Source: Neophaeotheca triangularis (lineage: Eukaryota). From it: DNA of 64,000 bases. The DNA lies in NCBI GenBank assembly GCA_054600435.1, contig BAAIJX010000047.1, positions 62,001-126,000 of the forward strand, read 5' to 3'. This document shows, piece after piece, positions 22,752 through 35,422 of this stretch. The translations under genes and the position numbers were made by a program. Position 1 is the stretch's first letter. The number at the start of each line of letters is the position of its first letter. The notes beneath the pieces were generated by a model. That model worked only from the letters and a program-made list of their open reading frames with translations, had not been told where the DNA came from and did not search any database.

Positions 22752-23164
22752 GCTTGCTTGCGGACGGATTGGTTTTGGTTTTGGTTTTGGTTCGCGTTTT
22801 GTGAGGGGCATGAGGTTTTGTGTTTCGTTTGGTCTTGTGGGCTGCGTTGTGCGGGGGGGGGGTTTTTTTTTTTGTTCTGGCAGAGTGCGTTAGGGGCAAG
22901 TCTCGGATTTAGCCGAGAAGGAGAGTCATGCATGGGGTTCGCGCGAATGGTGCTTTGTGTCGCCAGTGCGGATTGAGGTTGTAATTTGCGTTGTCGTGGA
23001 AGATGAAGCTGGTCTTGAACGTTGATCACTATTTATAAGAGCTAATACCTAGAAAGGGTACCGGCAAGAAATCATCTGAATTTTGTACCGGTATCAGATA
23101 TCCCAAGTCCGACAGACGATGCCAGCCTTGACTAATGCCTTTGCATACACCCGGCACTGCTCAA

Positions 23165-24811
23165 CTATTCGCCGCTCGGAGCACCCTCAGCAGCAGAAAC
23201 GTCATTCCCATACCGCAACGTCAACGTGTGCAGTTTGCTCTTGAAAGGGTCAGAGTCAAGGTAAGCGCCCTTCAACCAGCGCTCCTTGCCAGCGTCGGCG
23301 ACCTCGAAAGCCTTTCTCGCGTGCAGCACTCGCCTGTTGTCGAAAATGACGCATTCGCCGGGCTTCATCATTCTCTCGTAGATGGCTTCCGGTCTTTGGA
23401 TCAGGCGGTTGAAAGCCACTGCAGCACGATGCCAGTTCTCCACATACTGATCGCCGATACCGAGGGGTGCTTGGAAAGGCGGAGACCAGAAGACGTTGTG
23501 GTTAATGTGTCCTGCTTGGGCATCGTGCATTTTATCCATGAGGAATGCTCTGCGGGGCTGTGTTAGGCTATGGTTTGTAGTCAATGGCTCCAAAACGTGC
23601 CTGCGTTGGGTGTACAGGTTAGAGTTCGGATGGTCGTAATGGAAAGCGATCGGCGTTCTTTGGAGATGACCAAATGCTTCTGGGTCTTCTTTGGCTAGCA
23701 GTTGCACTGCTTTCTGGCTGTCCGTGAACAGGCTGGCGCCTCCTGCGCTGGACGATCGAATGCAGTGCAGTAACTGCAGGTGGGGCGGCTGCTCCATATA
23801 CAGCAGATCCATGTGGAAACCGAGGTCTTGCGAGGTGTATGCGACGTTCTTGGCGTCGGGAACCGATCTCACGTCCCAAGTTCGACCGTAGAAGGTGGTT
23901 TTGAGCGGTCCGATCCGTTCAGCGATACGCTCCACACTCTTTTCGTCTTCCGGAACTCCCGTCAGGTATGCGAAACCGTATTTGTGCAAGTGACGGACCG
24001 CTCTGAAGAGCACGCGATCGTCGGCTGAGTACGCATCGTATGCAATATCGGCTACCGATCGCCGGAGTTTGGCAGCATCCCAAGTGGAAGCAGGGCTGAG
24101 TCTAGGCGCACTGCGTTTGACTGATTTGTTCGCATCAAGCAACTGCAAGGCCTCTGAGCCAAGAAACGTAGTGTGATCGTCTCCAAACCCGGCGACGTCG
24201 TTCTCCCAACGAATGGTTACGCCTTCTGAACTCGCTTGCACGTCTTTGGCCTTGATCTCCGCAGGAATATCAAAGCTTGAGATGAGCTTTTGACGAGTTG
24301 ATTGATCAAGGCAACGCTCACAGTTGCACGAGTCTCGGATTTTGATCGGCGAGAAGTCTTGACTGCGTCCATTGATGTCCAGGGTCAGGGCGTTTTTGAT
24401 CCGAAGACTTCGACTATGATCACGAGAGGTGTTCAGATCTATCGCATTTGAATCGAGAGGTGCTGCTTCACGCCTAGTTGCGAAATCAGGCTCGCGACTG
24501 CTGGGTACCTAGTCCTTGTCGATGAGTGGAAACGTCGAGAGCTTGCACAGTTGGGGATACAAACGTACGTGCTGAGTTTGAGAGACTGTTGCATACTTAC
24601 GCTCTCCTTTCGGAGTAGAAGAAGCGAGTCGGTGAGTAGTGACAAAGTTGGCTCTCTGCTGTTGTGATGCAGCAGTCACATGTTTGCCTCGATTCGTCGT
24701 GAGCGAGGCAACACGTTGACCTCGACAACCTCCCGTAATGTTGATCGATGCGAGATTTGCGCCGTAACCACCAGAATGCTTCAAGATTCTGACAATGTTT
24801 CGTTGCGCCAT
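23165..24811 (-). CDS. Gamma-butyrobetaine dioxygenase-like Fe(II)/2OG dioxygenase (TauD/BBOX family), probably mitochondrial
   Basis: N-terminal IRDSCNCERCLDQSTRQK Zn-binding motif, NVAYT..LGFHMDLLY (HxD), FDNRRVLHAR and RWLKGAYLD. A phase-0 intron at 24509-24568 (GTACGT...TAG) joins the presequence exon. Confidence 0.88.
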
Positions 24812-25053
24812 GGTAAGCACGTGAGGGAGTTGGAAGTGAAGATAGAAGTGGCCAACGAGAAGGAAGGGTGAAGTTGGATATAGTGGGGCATCAACAACCC
24901 GAGGGCTCTCGGCTTCGCTTCCTCAGAGCCGAGCGAGCACTTTGGACTACACCTCATACCTCACTACACCTCTGACTTGCTGTTTGTTAGCATTCCCAGC
25001 AAACATACCTCTGGACCCTCCTTCCTCCTTTCCTATCTGGGAAAGTCTGATGG

Positions 25054-26135
25054 ATGTCTACAGCTCCACAAGCACTTCGAGATGAAGTATGACGAGCCAC
25101 TACACCAACACCACAATGGATGAAGCTGACAGAAAAAAGGGCACCCGCTCCCAGGTAGTCGTAGCAGGGGCTATTGCTGGACTGGTATCAAGGTACGAAA
25201 CAAACAATGCCTCTACGGACTAGGGCAAAAGACGAATACTGACACTTTTCAGATTCTGCATAGCTCCTCTCGACGTTGTCAAAATCCGCCTCCAACTCCA
25301 CTACCACTCTCTCTCCGAGCCCCTCTCGCGCAACCCCCAACAGTCCAAAAACGCCGGCGTCTTCACAACCGCCAAAGACATCCTCCGTCATGAGGGTCTC
25401 CCAGGCTTTTGGAAAGGCAACATCCCCGCCGAAGCACTCTACCTAAGCTACGGCGCCGCGCAATTCCTCGCCTACCGCTCCACAACCCAAGCACTGGACA
25501 AACTCGCCGAGACCAGCCAGATACCTATCCCTGCGACCGCAAAATCCTTCACTGCAGGCGCTTTAGCCGGCACCGCTACCACCACCGTCACCTATCCCCT
25601 CGATCTCCTGCGCACTCGCTTCGCCGCCCAGGGCACGGAAAGAGTCTACACCGGGTTGATAGCGAGTGTCCGCGACATCACGCGCACCGAAGGCACCGCG
25701 GGTTTCTTCCGAGGCGTGGGCGCCGGCATCGCGCAGATCGTGCCCTACATGGGCCTCTTCTTCGCGCTGTACGAGGGGCTTAAACCCGTGGCCGCCGACA
25801 TACAGCTCCCGTTTGGGTCCGGGGATGCCGTGGCCGGCGTGACGGCTTCGGTGCTTTCCAAGAGCGCCGTTTATCCGCTGGACACGGTGAGGAAGCGGCT
25901 GCAGGTACAGGGTCCTAGCCGGGCTAGGTATGTGGGTGGTCGCATCCCTGTGTATGGGACTGGGGTTGCGGGGACTTTGGCGATGATTGTTAAGAGAGAG
26001 GGGTTGAGGGGTCTGTACCGGGGGCTTACGGTTGGGCTCATCAAGGCGGCGCCGGCGAGTGCGGTGACTATGTGGTCTTATGAGCGGGCTTTGCTGGTTA
26101 TACGGCGGTTGGCAGACGAGCGGGCTGCGGGTTGA
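25054..26135 (+). CDS. TPC1: Mitochondrial thiamine pyrophosphate carrier (SLC25 family)
   Basis: [44 protein letters not shown], with introns 25087-25139 and 25193-25252. Also [26 protein letters not shown] and [14 protein letters not shown]. Confidence 0.9.
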
Positions 26136-27553
26136 AGGTCGTGGAATAGGCAAAGCTCTTGAGGCTAAGACACCGAGTCCTTCAAAGTGAGAGCCGTATC
26201 ATGGGGTTCATACGGAAGTGCTTTATCAGGCCGATCCGTTCAGGGATGCTGAAAGTCTCCTGAAAGGCGAAGACTTCGCAAACGGCAAACTGAAAGCTCC
26301 AAGGGTCATTGGCGCGAGATGAATGAGCGAGCGTGCACTCGTCTTACTATCCTGGCGAAGATTACACCCGACAGCAAAGACAAGATGCCGATATCATTAG
26401 TCGTGCAAGACCTCGTATTCCAGCAGTTGAAAGTGCGGAAATGCAATCCTCTCGACAGGGAAGCCCACCGGTACAAGGCCTTACGCTCTGGGTGGAGGAT
26501 GGTATTACAAGGAAGGAGGACGTGCTTGAACGCTCCAATGCCCGGGTGTGAACAGCAAGAAATACAACACCAAAACTACCTCACCCGTTCAAATCATAAT
26601 CCCTCCCGTAACTCATCCATCCCGTGCGTCATCCACTATGCATGTGGTGCAGAACACATAACCCCCAAGATACCTTTGCAACGCATCTTTCTCAGATCCT
26701 TCCATTTCCTGCACATGACGCCGTAATCTGCCTGTTACACGCCTGCAACTCCATAGCAATCCTGTCTTCCAGCCCCTCATTCGAAAGTACTATGATACCG
26801 AAATAACCGCAAAACCCACAGAAGCAGCTACGTTCCCCGCCAACGCCTTCACTAGCCCAAGCCTCGAAAATCCATACACCAAAAGCATAACAATCAAGAA
26901 CCCGTTGTAACACGCCAGAACCACAACAACGCCTTCGTCGCAAAATAGCAAGACCCTCTCTCCGCCGCGAGCAGGGCTGTGGAATAAGTGCGAACACTCG
27001 CAGTGCAAAGGCAATTTGCACTAAAGTTCCTTCCGCGTGGGCTCCAGCCCTCCTCCGACTTGAATATCTTGAAGTACGTTTGAGGCGTGGAGTCTCGCAG
27101 CTCTCGGCCTCTGCCTATGGTCTAGCGGCCTACGATGGGTCGCGCATCGTGCTTGGTGACACGGGGGTTTTGCTTCGTTGGTGCGGCGAGGTGTGCGTTG
27201 ACTTGGTGGGTTGTTGCTTTCGGGGGGCGGAACTGCGATGATGTCGGTCTGGCGGAAGTCTTCGTACAAGGGCTGGGCTTTGTCGTTCGGGAGAACGGCG
27301 ACTGTAGGGCTGTCGTTTCGCTTGTTGGTGTTCGTGTCTAACGAGGTGTGGGTTGCTGAAAGTCGGCTCGACGATAGAATTGCGAGAGGCCGCCGGTCCC
27401 ACTCGTTACCCGATCCTGAGCGCTTGACAAGTATCTTGACAGCTGCGGATTTTCACAACATACAATGCTTGCTTGTGGAGACCACGCCGTTCCGGCCAGC
27501 TGCCGGATGGTATTGTCAACAAGCCTACTGCCTCCTTGAGATCCTCACGCCTG

Positions 27554-30500
27554 CTAAGTCTCAAAGCCCATTTCGTCGAAAAGCTCCTCCGCTGAAGCAC
27601 CACCTGTGGCGCCTTCTCCTTCCATGAAATCGAATGGCTGTGAAGTCTCCCATTCTCCATGCTCCGAGGCGAAGTCTGAGAAGTGGCAACCGGAAGAATG
27701 GCCCTCAATCCCGCCGGCGTTCGTCGGCTCATCAAACATACTCAATATATTTGACGCTGTAGTCTGTCTGTCAGGCGCTTGCAACTCCCTAGCAACTCTG
27801 TCCTCCGGCCTATCATCCTCGATGCTTCTTCCCAGTTCTTCTAGCAGGCGTACTACATTGTGTCGGCTAAAATGTTTGGCAGTCGAGAGTGCATTGCCAA
27901 ATAATCCCTGTGCATTAACATTGGCAACCTTCTCGAGTAGCTGTATGACGACCTCGCCATAACCTCCGGCGGAAGCAGCGCAGAGTGCATTGCCAAAGTA
28001 GCCTCCCTGTGCATTAACATTGGCGCCTCTCTCGAGTAGCTGCTTTACAACCTCGCTATGGCCACTATGTGAGGCAGCGCAAAGTGCATTGCCATAGTGG
28101 CCTCCTTGTGTATTGATATTAGCGCCCCTCTCGAGTAGCTGCTTTACAACCTCGCTATAGCCACTATTTGAGGCAGCGCAAAGTGCATTGCCATAGTGGC
28201 CTCCTTGTGTATTGACATTAGCGCCCCTCTCGAGTAGCTGCTTTACAACCTCGCTATAGCCATTATGTGAGGCAACGTAGAGTGCATTGCCAAAGTAGCC
28301 TCCCTGTGCATTAACATCGGCGCCTATCTCGAGTAGCTGCTTTACAATCTCGCGAGAGCCATTTTCGACAGCAATGTGGAGCGCACTACCCTTTGGGCCC
28401 GGTGAGTCAACATTGGCGCCTCTCTCGAGTAGCTGCTTTACGATCTCGCAAGAGCCATTTCCGACAGCAATGTGGAGTGCACTACCATGTGGGCCCGGTG
28501 AATCAACATTGGCGCCTCTCTCGAGTAGCTGCTTTATAACCTCGCGAGAGCCAATTTCGATAGCAATGTGGAGTGCACTACCATATGGGCCCGATGCATT
28601 GACATTAGCGCCACCCTCGAGTAGCTGCTTTATGACCTCGTCGTGGCCATTTTTGATAGCAATGTAGAGTGCACTGCTAGACTTATTTTGCGCATTGACA
28701 TCGACGCCCCTCTCTAGTAACTCCCGTACTAGGGTCGAATCACCCCGACGAGCAGCTTCTACAAGAAATTCTCTCCCTGTTGCCGACTTGCTCACTGAAC
28801 TCAACGGACATAGCTCTTGATTTGGACACGTAGTGATGAGGTATTTGACCAAGGAAACGTTGCCCGCAACCGAACGGAGTATATCTCTCAGACCGCGAAT
28901 CTGTGACGGCTTGCCGAATCCGGAGTCATTTGCGATGTCATCCACGAAATCAGATCCGCTTGGGCCCAAGAGTACCCTCAAGGCGTCTTTGTGCCCGTTT
29001 GAGAACGCGGCAAGTGCAGGAAGTGAATACCTCTCCTTCGGGAGTCGTACCCATGCATCCGAAGTTCCACGTGCTTCAATGAGCCGGGTGCAGCCCTTTT
29101 CCGCTAAGATGTAGAGTAGACTGACGCGAGGACTGTACTGGCGGGTCGCATGGCTTTCGCTTGCGTTGGCAATGTGAACCCATTTGTCGAGTGGAAAATC
29201 GTCCAAGAAGCTGTCCTGGGGAACATGCAGAGCAGCCTTGTCGGCATGGAAAAAAACGTTCTGGAATGCGTATTGCATGAAAGGGTATCGGTCCGAGATC
29301 ATCTTCCGTTGAATTTTCGCTTCGTCTGAGGAAGCTTTGGGAAGCGGCTGAGTGGGATCCGAACAGCTCGATATGTCTGCGGCCAGGTAGGCTTTACAAC
29401 ACTTCTTGAGCTTTTCGTGGCTGGAGCTGATCATCTCACCGCCAAGATCCGGCCAGAGTTCGCGAAGCCCGCCGTCTCGAACCAGAAAATCTCGAACAGA
29501 CTCGTGAATGAATTGTACTGTGGGTGCCTTCTTAGATTTCGTGATCTCTGCCAGCCCTTTTGACGAGCTCTGCGTGAAACGTGCCATGTCTTCAGAGAAA
29601 ACCTCCTCGTGATTCCAGGGTGTTGGCTCCCAATTGGCATGAGTGTCGCGTTCACACTCCAGCCCGGTTTCCATTACGAAATAGAGTTCCTCTGGACTAA
29701 GCGGGCACTTCGCGAATAGTATCCATGTAAGGCAGAGCAGCAGCTCACGCATGTCCTTTTGGTCCCTGTAGATGATGTCTTTGAAAAGATCGTTGAGTGT
29801 CCCTGGCATCTCTCGCAATTTTTTCCTCACGTGCAATAGACGACCGTTCGAGAAATCGTCGCTGAGGATATCAACGACAAGGACGACCCAGAGAAAGACG
29901 CTGTTTGCCTTCTCTTGGACCTCTTGTCGAACATCATCGGCAAGCTTACTTTTTCTTTTGAGGCGGCGCTGTATGTACTTGCCCAAGTCGTTGGCGTGCC
30001 CTGCTTCTTCTTCCAGAACTAGGCGCCAGCCATAGTCAATCTCAATCGTCGGGTAGTGTCGACTTGCAAAGCATACACGAAGCCTGCTACCATGTCCGTT
30101 CTCAGCGTCTCCAAGGTCTTCGAGAAAGTTGACCATGCCCCGCACCTGTTCTACATCGCACTCATCGAGAGCATCGACAAAGATCTTGAGACTTCTGTCA
30201 CCGAGCTCTCCCGCCGCAGTTGACAGAAGGTCTTGCAGCTTCTGGACATCCCACACAAAAGGCCGTGTATCGTTTCTGCGGGGGCTGCCGACACGGTCGA
30301 GAATGCGTTGAAGATCTGGAATCTCATGCAAGAGCTGGTGCAATATCGATCGGTACATACCCAGCGTCGTCTTTTCCAATTCATCCCCTCGTGCGTTGAA
30401 GAAGAAAGAGACAATGATCTCTTTCTCAAGCTTGTTTTCCACGGCGCGTGCGAGGGCGAACTTCATAAGGGTCGATTTCCCGGCTCCTGGCTTTCCAGCA

Positions 30501-31523
30501 ATCCACAAGATGCCGCGCGATGTCGATGACGCCTCAGGATCGATCCATGCTTGGTACTTGGGATGCTTCAATAGCCACTTACATGTGGTTTCCTGCGCAG
30601 TCTTGATAGTGTCGTGGCGAGCGTCTATTTGTTCGAAGTCGAGCGAGGCCAAAAGGTTTCCGCGGCGCTGAGCTACATCTTCAAGCGAGGCTGAGGGGCT
30701 TGCATCATCTTGTCGTGAATCGGATATCCCCGATACTTCATCTTTCAGTCGGTCGTAGGCTTTGGCACCTTCGCCATAGATCGGTGAAAGAAAGACGTCA
30801 AACACGCCAAAAAGACAGTAGGCCTTGTCTTCTCTCTTCGTGGTCTCGCGACCGGCAGCCCATCTGAACCGCTCATTGGTGGAGAAAGAAGACAATTCAG
30901 CCCCAAGAAGAGCGCTGACTGGGATTCCAGTTATTTGATGGACCATATCCCTCAGCGTCTCTTTTGTCCCAAGGAACTTGCCATCCCGAGAGTAGAATTC
31001 AACCACTCTTGGTGCCAGAAGCTCTTGCAGCGTCCCTATAAGCAGAGGTTAGTCGCGAAATTTCGCTCCGCGCTCGATCGCAAAGCCTCTTAAAGTTGTA
31101 CATACAACCACGCTTGAACCATCTGCTCTTTCGAAACGCAGTTTCCCAGCCAGACGACCCTCCGTCGCTGTCGCGTTTCAACGTCGAAACATCTTGGAGG
31201 TATACAAAGCACTTTGCAGCCGCCTTGTACCATCTGAACATCGAGTTGATAGATTCGGAAAGCTGGACACTATTCGACCGATCTATGCAGCACGAGTCAA
31301 TCCAGAAATGCTTCAAGTCGTTCGCTTTGGCCCGCTCCGCACAAAAGTCGATCTTAGCATATCCAGCCTTCTCTTTTCCGACGCCGCGCTTCATATCGTC
31401 GAAGGTGACTTCCTCTTCTGGATGACCCCACGTGTGGGAGAGGATGCCGTACGGGTAAGCTTCATACTCGCTATCTCTCGTAAGGGTGAGCCCGCCTTGA
31501 TCGTTCCGCTGCAAAAGGTGCAT
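27554..31523 (-). CDS. HET-NACHT-ankyrin NLR-like protein (heterokaryon incompatibility type)
   Basis: HET domain (YGILSHTWG, FWIDSCCID, INSMFRWY, RGWTLQEL across intron 31036-31105), NACHT P-loop GKPGAGKST, Walker B IFVDALDEC and a C-terminal ankyrin array. Confidence 0.93.
27860..28720 (-). repeat. Near-identical tandem ankyrin-coding repeats (99-bp and 96-bp units)
   Basis: The anchor CTCGAGTAGCTG occurs at 27932, 28031, 28130, 28229, 28328, 28424, 28520 and 28616 (four 99-bp spacings, then three 96-bp spacings). Confidence 0.95.
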
Positions 31524-32020
31524 TTTGTATGTTGGTTGATACCATATGCCGTTGTGATCTCAACAGATCGAGCTGAACGTGCGAGTCTGCTCTCGAGCCG
31601 CAATCAGGCTGACAGCACAATAGCTGCCTGATATGCTTGGCCCGCATGACAACCAACTAGAGGCGATGCACCCTGGACCTCGCGGACCGCGTCATTTCTC
31701 ATGCACGCGCTTACAAGGAGTGTTCGCTTGTGAAGTAGGTCTTCATGGTGCAGCTGCCAGCAAATCAATACGAAACAATGCACCAGAGCCCACGCTTTGC
31801 CTGTAAATTTCAGCCGCTCAATACGAAACCACCCTAATTCCCGTCTGTCAAACCCCATGCTGAAACGAGAGGGCACCCATGGCGCTAGAGCGGTTGTGAA
31901 TGTCGGTGCTTCGACGACAATACCATAACGTCGGAGCTGAATGCCATTCACACCTCGCCTAACAAGCGTAACCCCACAACCCCACACCCCGCACTCCCAC
32001 GCTCCCACCAAACAGAACCC

Positions 32021-33812
32021 CTACGGCGGCATCTCCCCCCGATACTCCTCATCCTCCTTACACGCTCTCCAAAATTCCCTATACGCTTCCAACCCACTAA
32101 ACCACAATTCACCCACCCCGTCCGACACCCCAACTTCGTCCACCTCAACAAGCTCCTCCAAACCCATATTCCCAATATCCAGATTCAGCCACGCGCTATT
32201 CGCCCCCTGCGGCGTCACAACCCCGTGGTGCCAGCCCAGGCTATCCGCGCTGTGCAAAGCGCGCGTTGTCGAGGAAGTATTGTAGCGGGTCATGTCGAGG
32301 GTGCTTGCGAGTAAAACTTTGGGATTATTGGGATTGAGAATGCGAGTGTCGAGGGCGAGGAAGTGGGGAGGGTAGCTGGAGATGCGGAGGGGCGAGTGAG
32401 GAGAAAAGGTGGGGGATAGGGGGTCGGAGGCCTCGAGCAGAGCAAGTAGGTCTTGGAGTGTTTTTGGCGGGGCGGGGCTTGAGGTGGAGGAATTATAATA
32501 GTTCGGGAACGGCCAGAGGTAGGGTAGGTAAGTGTAGTCTTTGCCCATGTCGTCGTTGTCGGCGAAGCCCGGAGTGCTGAGTTTCGCGCGGATCTGGCGT
32601 TGTTCGGACAGGGAAAAGGGGTGGAGGAGAAAGATGGGACAGCTTTCGGTGGATTCTGGGGCTGGGGGGTTAGTTCGCTGAAGGTCAGAAATGGTAATTC
32701 GACGCTTTGTTTGTACCTAGGTCTAACGGGATGTCTGGGTTTATGACGTTTTCTTCATTCCAGACGTCGATAAATTGCGCTTCTTCGGCCACGTCGCATG
32801 GACGAGGGTGTCTCGCTCGCGGTAGCAGTAGGTTGAGGTCTTTGAGTGGTTTGATTTGGAGGTCGTCGTGCCTTGGTTTATGGCCAGGGTGGGCTTCACG
32901 AAAGCTAGCCACCGACACGACTGGCTCGTCGTTCTCCCGAGTTAAGATGTTGTCGACTATAAAGGTAGGGGAGTACTCGCTCGGGCTCGACCGTAGCTGG
33001 GAGAGTATGCGCCAGAGATCTTCTCTTGACGGTGATTCTCTCTCGGCAGGCCAGTTGTGTATGGTAAGTTTTTCGAATCCCTCGTTTGCTTGCGTTGTGC
33101 TGACACCAGAAGAAATGACGGTACGGAGCCCTTCGATCTGATCTTCGCTCAAGTAGCGAAGCGAGAAGATCCTCAGCTCTGCTGCGCTCTCTATGTCGTT
33201 CATCGGCCAGGCGTCCGGCAGCGCCAAGTCCACCGGCCTTCCAGGCCAGCTCCAATCTGGCTTTTCTGCCCCAATACTGAGGTCGACTTTCGCCGCCGCA
33301 TACTGCTCATCATCAAACACATCTGTAAAGTGACCGAGGCGTCCATGATCAAGCAAAGTCAACAGTCGCTCAGAAATCCCCGTAGGCACTCTTACGGCCT
33401 CAAGTCGGGGTCCTGGCGCCCAGGTGCCTTGCTCTGGCGTTCGATCCCAACGGGCTGCGATAACGCTATCAGCATCCCATCCCGAGTCAACGAAGATGAA
33501 ACTTCTCATATATTGGCCATCAACCTTCATTCGCGGCCCGAACGCTTGTTCCGCGATGGAGACAAGATCACGTGGACTGGGCCAGCGGTCTCGGACCCAG
33601 GGCACTGCATGAAGCTCTCGTGGCCGTGGCGGGTCGGTATCGTACTTGGCTGTCCAGACCTGGTCGACGTCCTCGAGCCTTTTGATGATGTCGCTTCGAG
33701 ACTCTTCCGGAAGCTGCTGAAGGAAGATGACATAGAGTCGTTCGTGTTGATTAGATACCCCCGGTCCAAGCAAATGGGGGACGTGTGATGATACAGGGGG
33801 GTCACCATACAT
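32021..33812 (-). CDS. Uncharacterised protein with three divergent internal repeats (2 exons)
   Basis: ORFs 32685-33827 and 32021-32548 join in frame through an intron at 32662-32716 (GTACAA...CTAAC...CAG). Confidence 0.7.
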
Positions 33813-34120
33813 GGTTCCGTATCTCAATCAGACGACAAGAAGAGTGTGACGGGAAGAAAGTCGACAGACTGGACTTATATTGCACACAGAATCGACTCGA
33901 GCACATATAACTTATATATATATACATATATCGTTGCACGAGAAAGAGTTGGAAGGAACAGGCAGAAGGCAGCAGCCTGGTCTGTGTACCGTGTAGCAAA
34001 GTGCCTTCCTATTCCGGCTAGACTCGGGCACTCCAGACGTCCTTGTACAGGGCAGCACTCACCCCCAACCATCGACAACCCACCATGGGTTGATATAGAT
34101 CTCTCCCCCGCTCGCCTCTC

Positions 34121-35422
34121 ATGCTCTTCCGACTCCTTTCCAGGCCAAGTATACAATCTCGTCTCTTGCACAAGCCTCTCCTTCCCAGCCTCGTCTTCCA
34201 ATCGCTCCAATCGCTCCAAACCTCTGCAACCCCGCCAGCAAGAACAATGACAACAAACGGCACAACCAACACCATGTCCTCCGAAGCCACCCACCTCGCA
34301 CCCCAAACCCCCCAAAAAGCCAACAAGTGGTCCACCCCGGGCCCAGCAGCCTTCGATTTCCGCTCCGATGTCGTAACGACTCCAACAACACGCATGCTCC
34401 ACGCCATAGCCTCGACAACTCTTCTCGACGACGTCTTCCAATCGGACCCAACAACCAACAACCTCGAAAGCTACATCACCGAGATGACAGGCAAGGAAGC
34501 CGGCCTGCTCGTCCTCTCAGGCACAATGGGCAACCAAGTAGCGTTGCGAGCAGCCCTGCACGCACCCCCGCACTCCATCGTCGCAGACCACCGCAGCCAC
34601 ATTTTTGAATGGGAAGCCGGAGGCGTCGCGACGCTTTCAGGAGCCATGACGCGGGAGGTCGTGCCGAAGAATGGTCGCTACGTGACGCTGGAGGACGTGC
34701 AGCAAAAGTGCGACCTCCGCACCGAAGACATTCACGGCTGTCCGACGAAGATTGTGAGTTTGGAGAATACTCTTGCGGGCATTGTGTTGCCTTTGGACGA
34801 GTGCAGGCGGATTAGTGAGTGGTGTCGTAGCAAGGGGATATGGGTGCATTGTGATGGCGCGAGGCTGTGGGAGGCCGTTGCCAGTGGCGCGGGCACGCTC
34901 AAGGAGTATTGTGAGTGTTTTGATAGCTTGAGCTTGTGTTTTAGTAAGGGGTTGGGGGCGCCGATTGGAAGTGTGATTGTTGGGCCTAAGGCTTGGAGGG
35001 AGAAGGCGAGATGGGTAAGGAAAAGTATTGGTGGGGGCTTGAGGCAGGCGGGAGTGGTGACTGCGGCGGCGAGAGTGGCGGTTGAGGATACGTTTTTGGG
35101 AGGTAAGCTGAATGCATGTCACGATCGCGCGAGGGAGATTGCCAAGTTGTGGGAGAGCTATGGCGGGAAGACTACCAATCCGGTTGAGACGAATATGGTG
35201 TGGTTTGATCTTGATGCTGCGGGGGTAGATGCGGAGAAGTTCATTGAGATGGGAGAGAAGGTTGGGTTAAGGCTTATGGGAGGAAGGCTGGTGGTGCATT
35301 ATCAGATTGGTGATGAGGCCGTCGCGAAGCTGAAGGCGCTCATGGAGGCGATATTCAAGGGTAAGGCGCTCAATGGTCAAGTAGAGCATAAGCCTCAGGA
35401 TCTTGAGATGAAGGTTGAGTAG
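34121..35422 (+). CDS. GLY1: Low-specificity L-threonine aldolase
   Basis: Motifs DFRSDVVT.PT, SGTMGNQ, LENTL, HCDGARLW, SLCFSKGLGAPIGS (PLP Lys) and RKSIGGGLRQAG. Confidence 0.95.
   Translation: MLFRLLSRPSIQSRLLHKPLLPSLVFQSLQSLQTSATPPARTMTTNGTTNTMSSEATHLAPQTPQKANKWSTPGPAAFDFRSDVVTTPTTRMLHAIASTTLLDDVFQSDPTTNNLESYITEMTGKEAGLLVLSGTMGNQVALRAALHAPPHSIVADHRSHIFEWEAGGVATLSGAMTREVVPKNGRYVTLEDVQQKCDLRTEDIHGCPTKIVSLENTLAGIVLPLDECRRISEWCRSKGIWVHCDGARLWEAVASGAGTLKEYCECFDSLSLCFSKGLGAPIGSVIVGPKAWREKARWVRKSIGGGLRQAGVVTAAARVAVEDTFLGGKLNACHDRAREIAKLWESYGGKTTNPVETNMVWFDLDAAGVDAEKFIEMGEKVGLRLMGGRLVVHYQIGDEAVAKLKALMEAIFKGKALNGQVEHKPQDLEMKVE

Noticed and set aside
22768..22875. (TTTTGG)n tract and G/T homopolymers downstream of the tRNA
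   Set aside because: Simple low-complexity sequence with no spacers; not a CRISPR array or a mobile element.
24509..24511. In-frame TAG in the dioxygenase suggesting readthrough or stop reassignment
   Set aside because: It is the acceptor of a 60-nt phase-0 intron, and TAG serves as a normal stop in GLY1, MPS1 and the sugar porter.
26690..27400. Possible degraded membrane-protein gene on the minus strand
   Set aside because: Hydrophobic fragments lie in several frames, but I could not assign a family or build a gene model.
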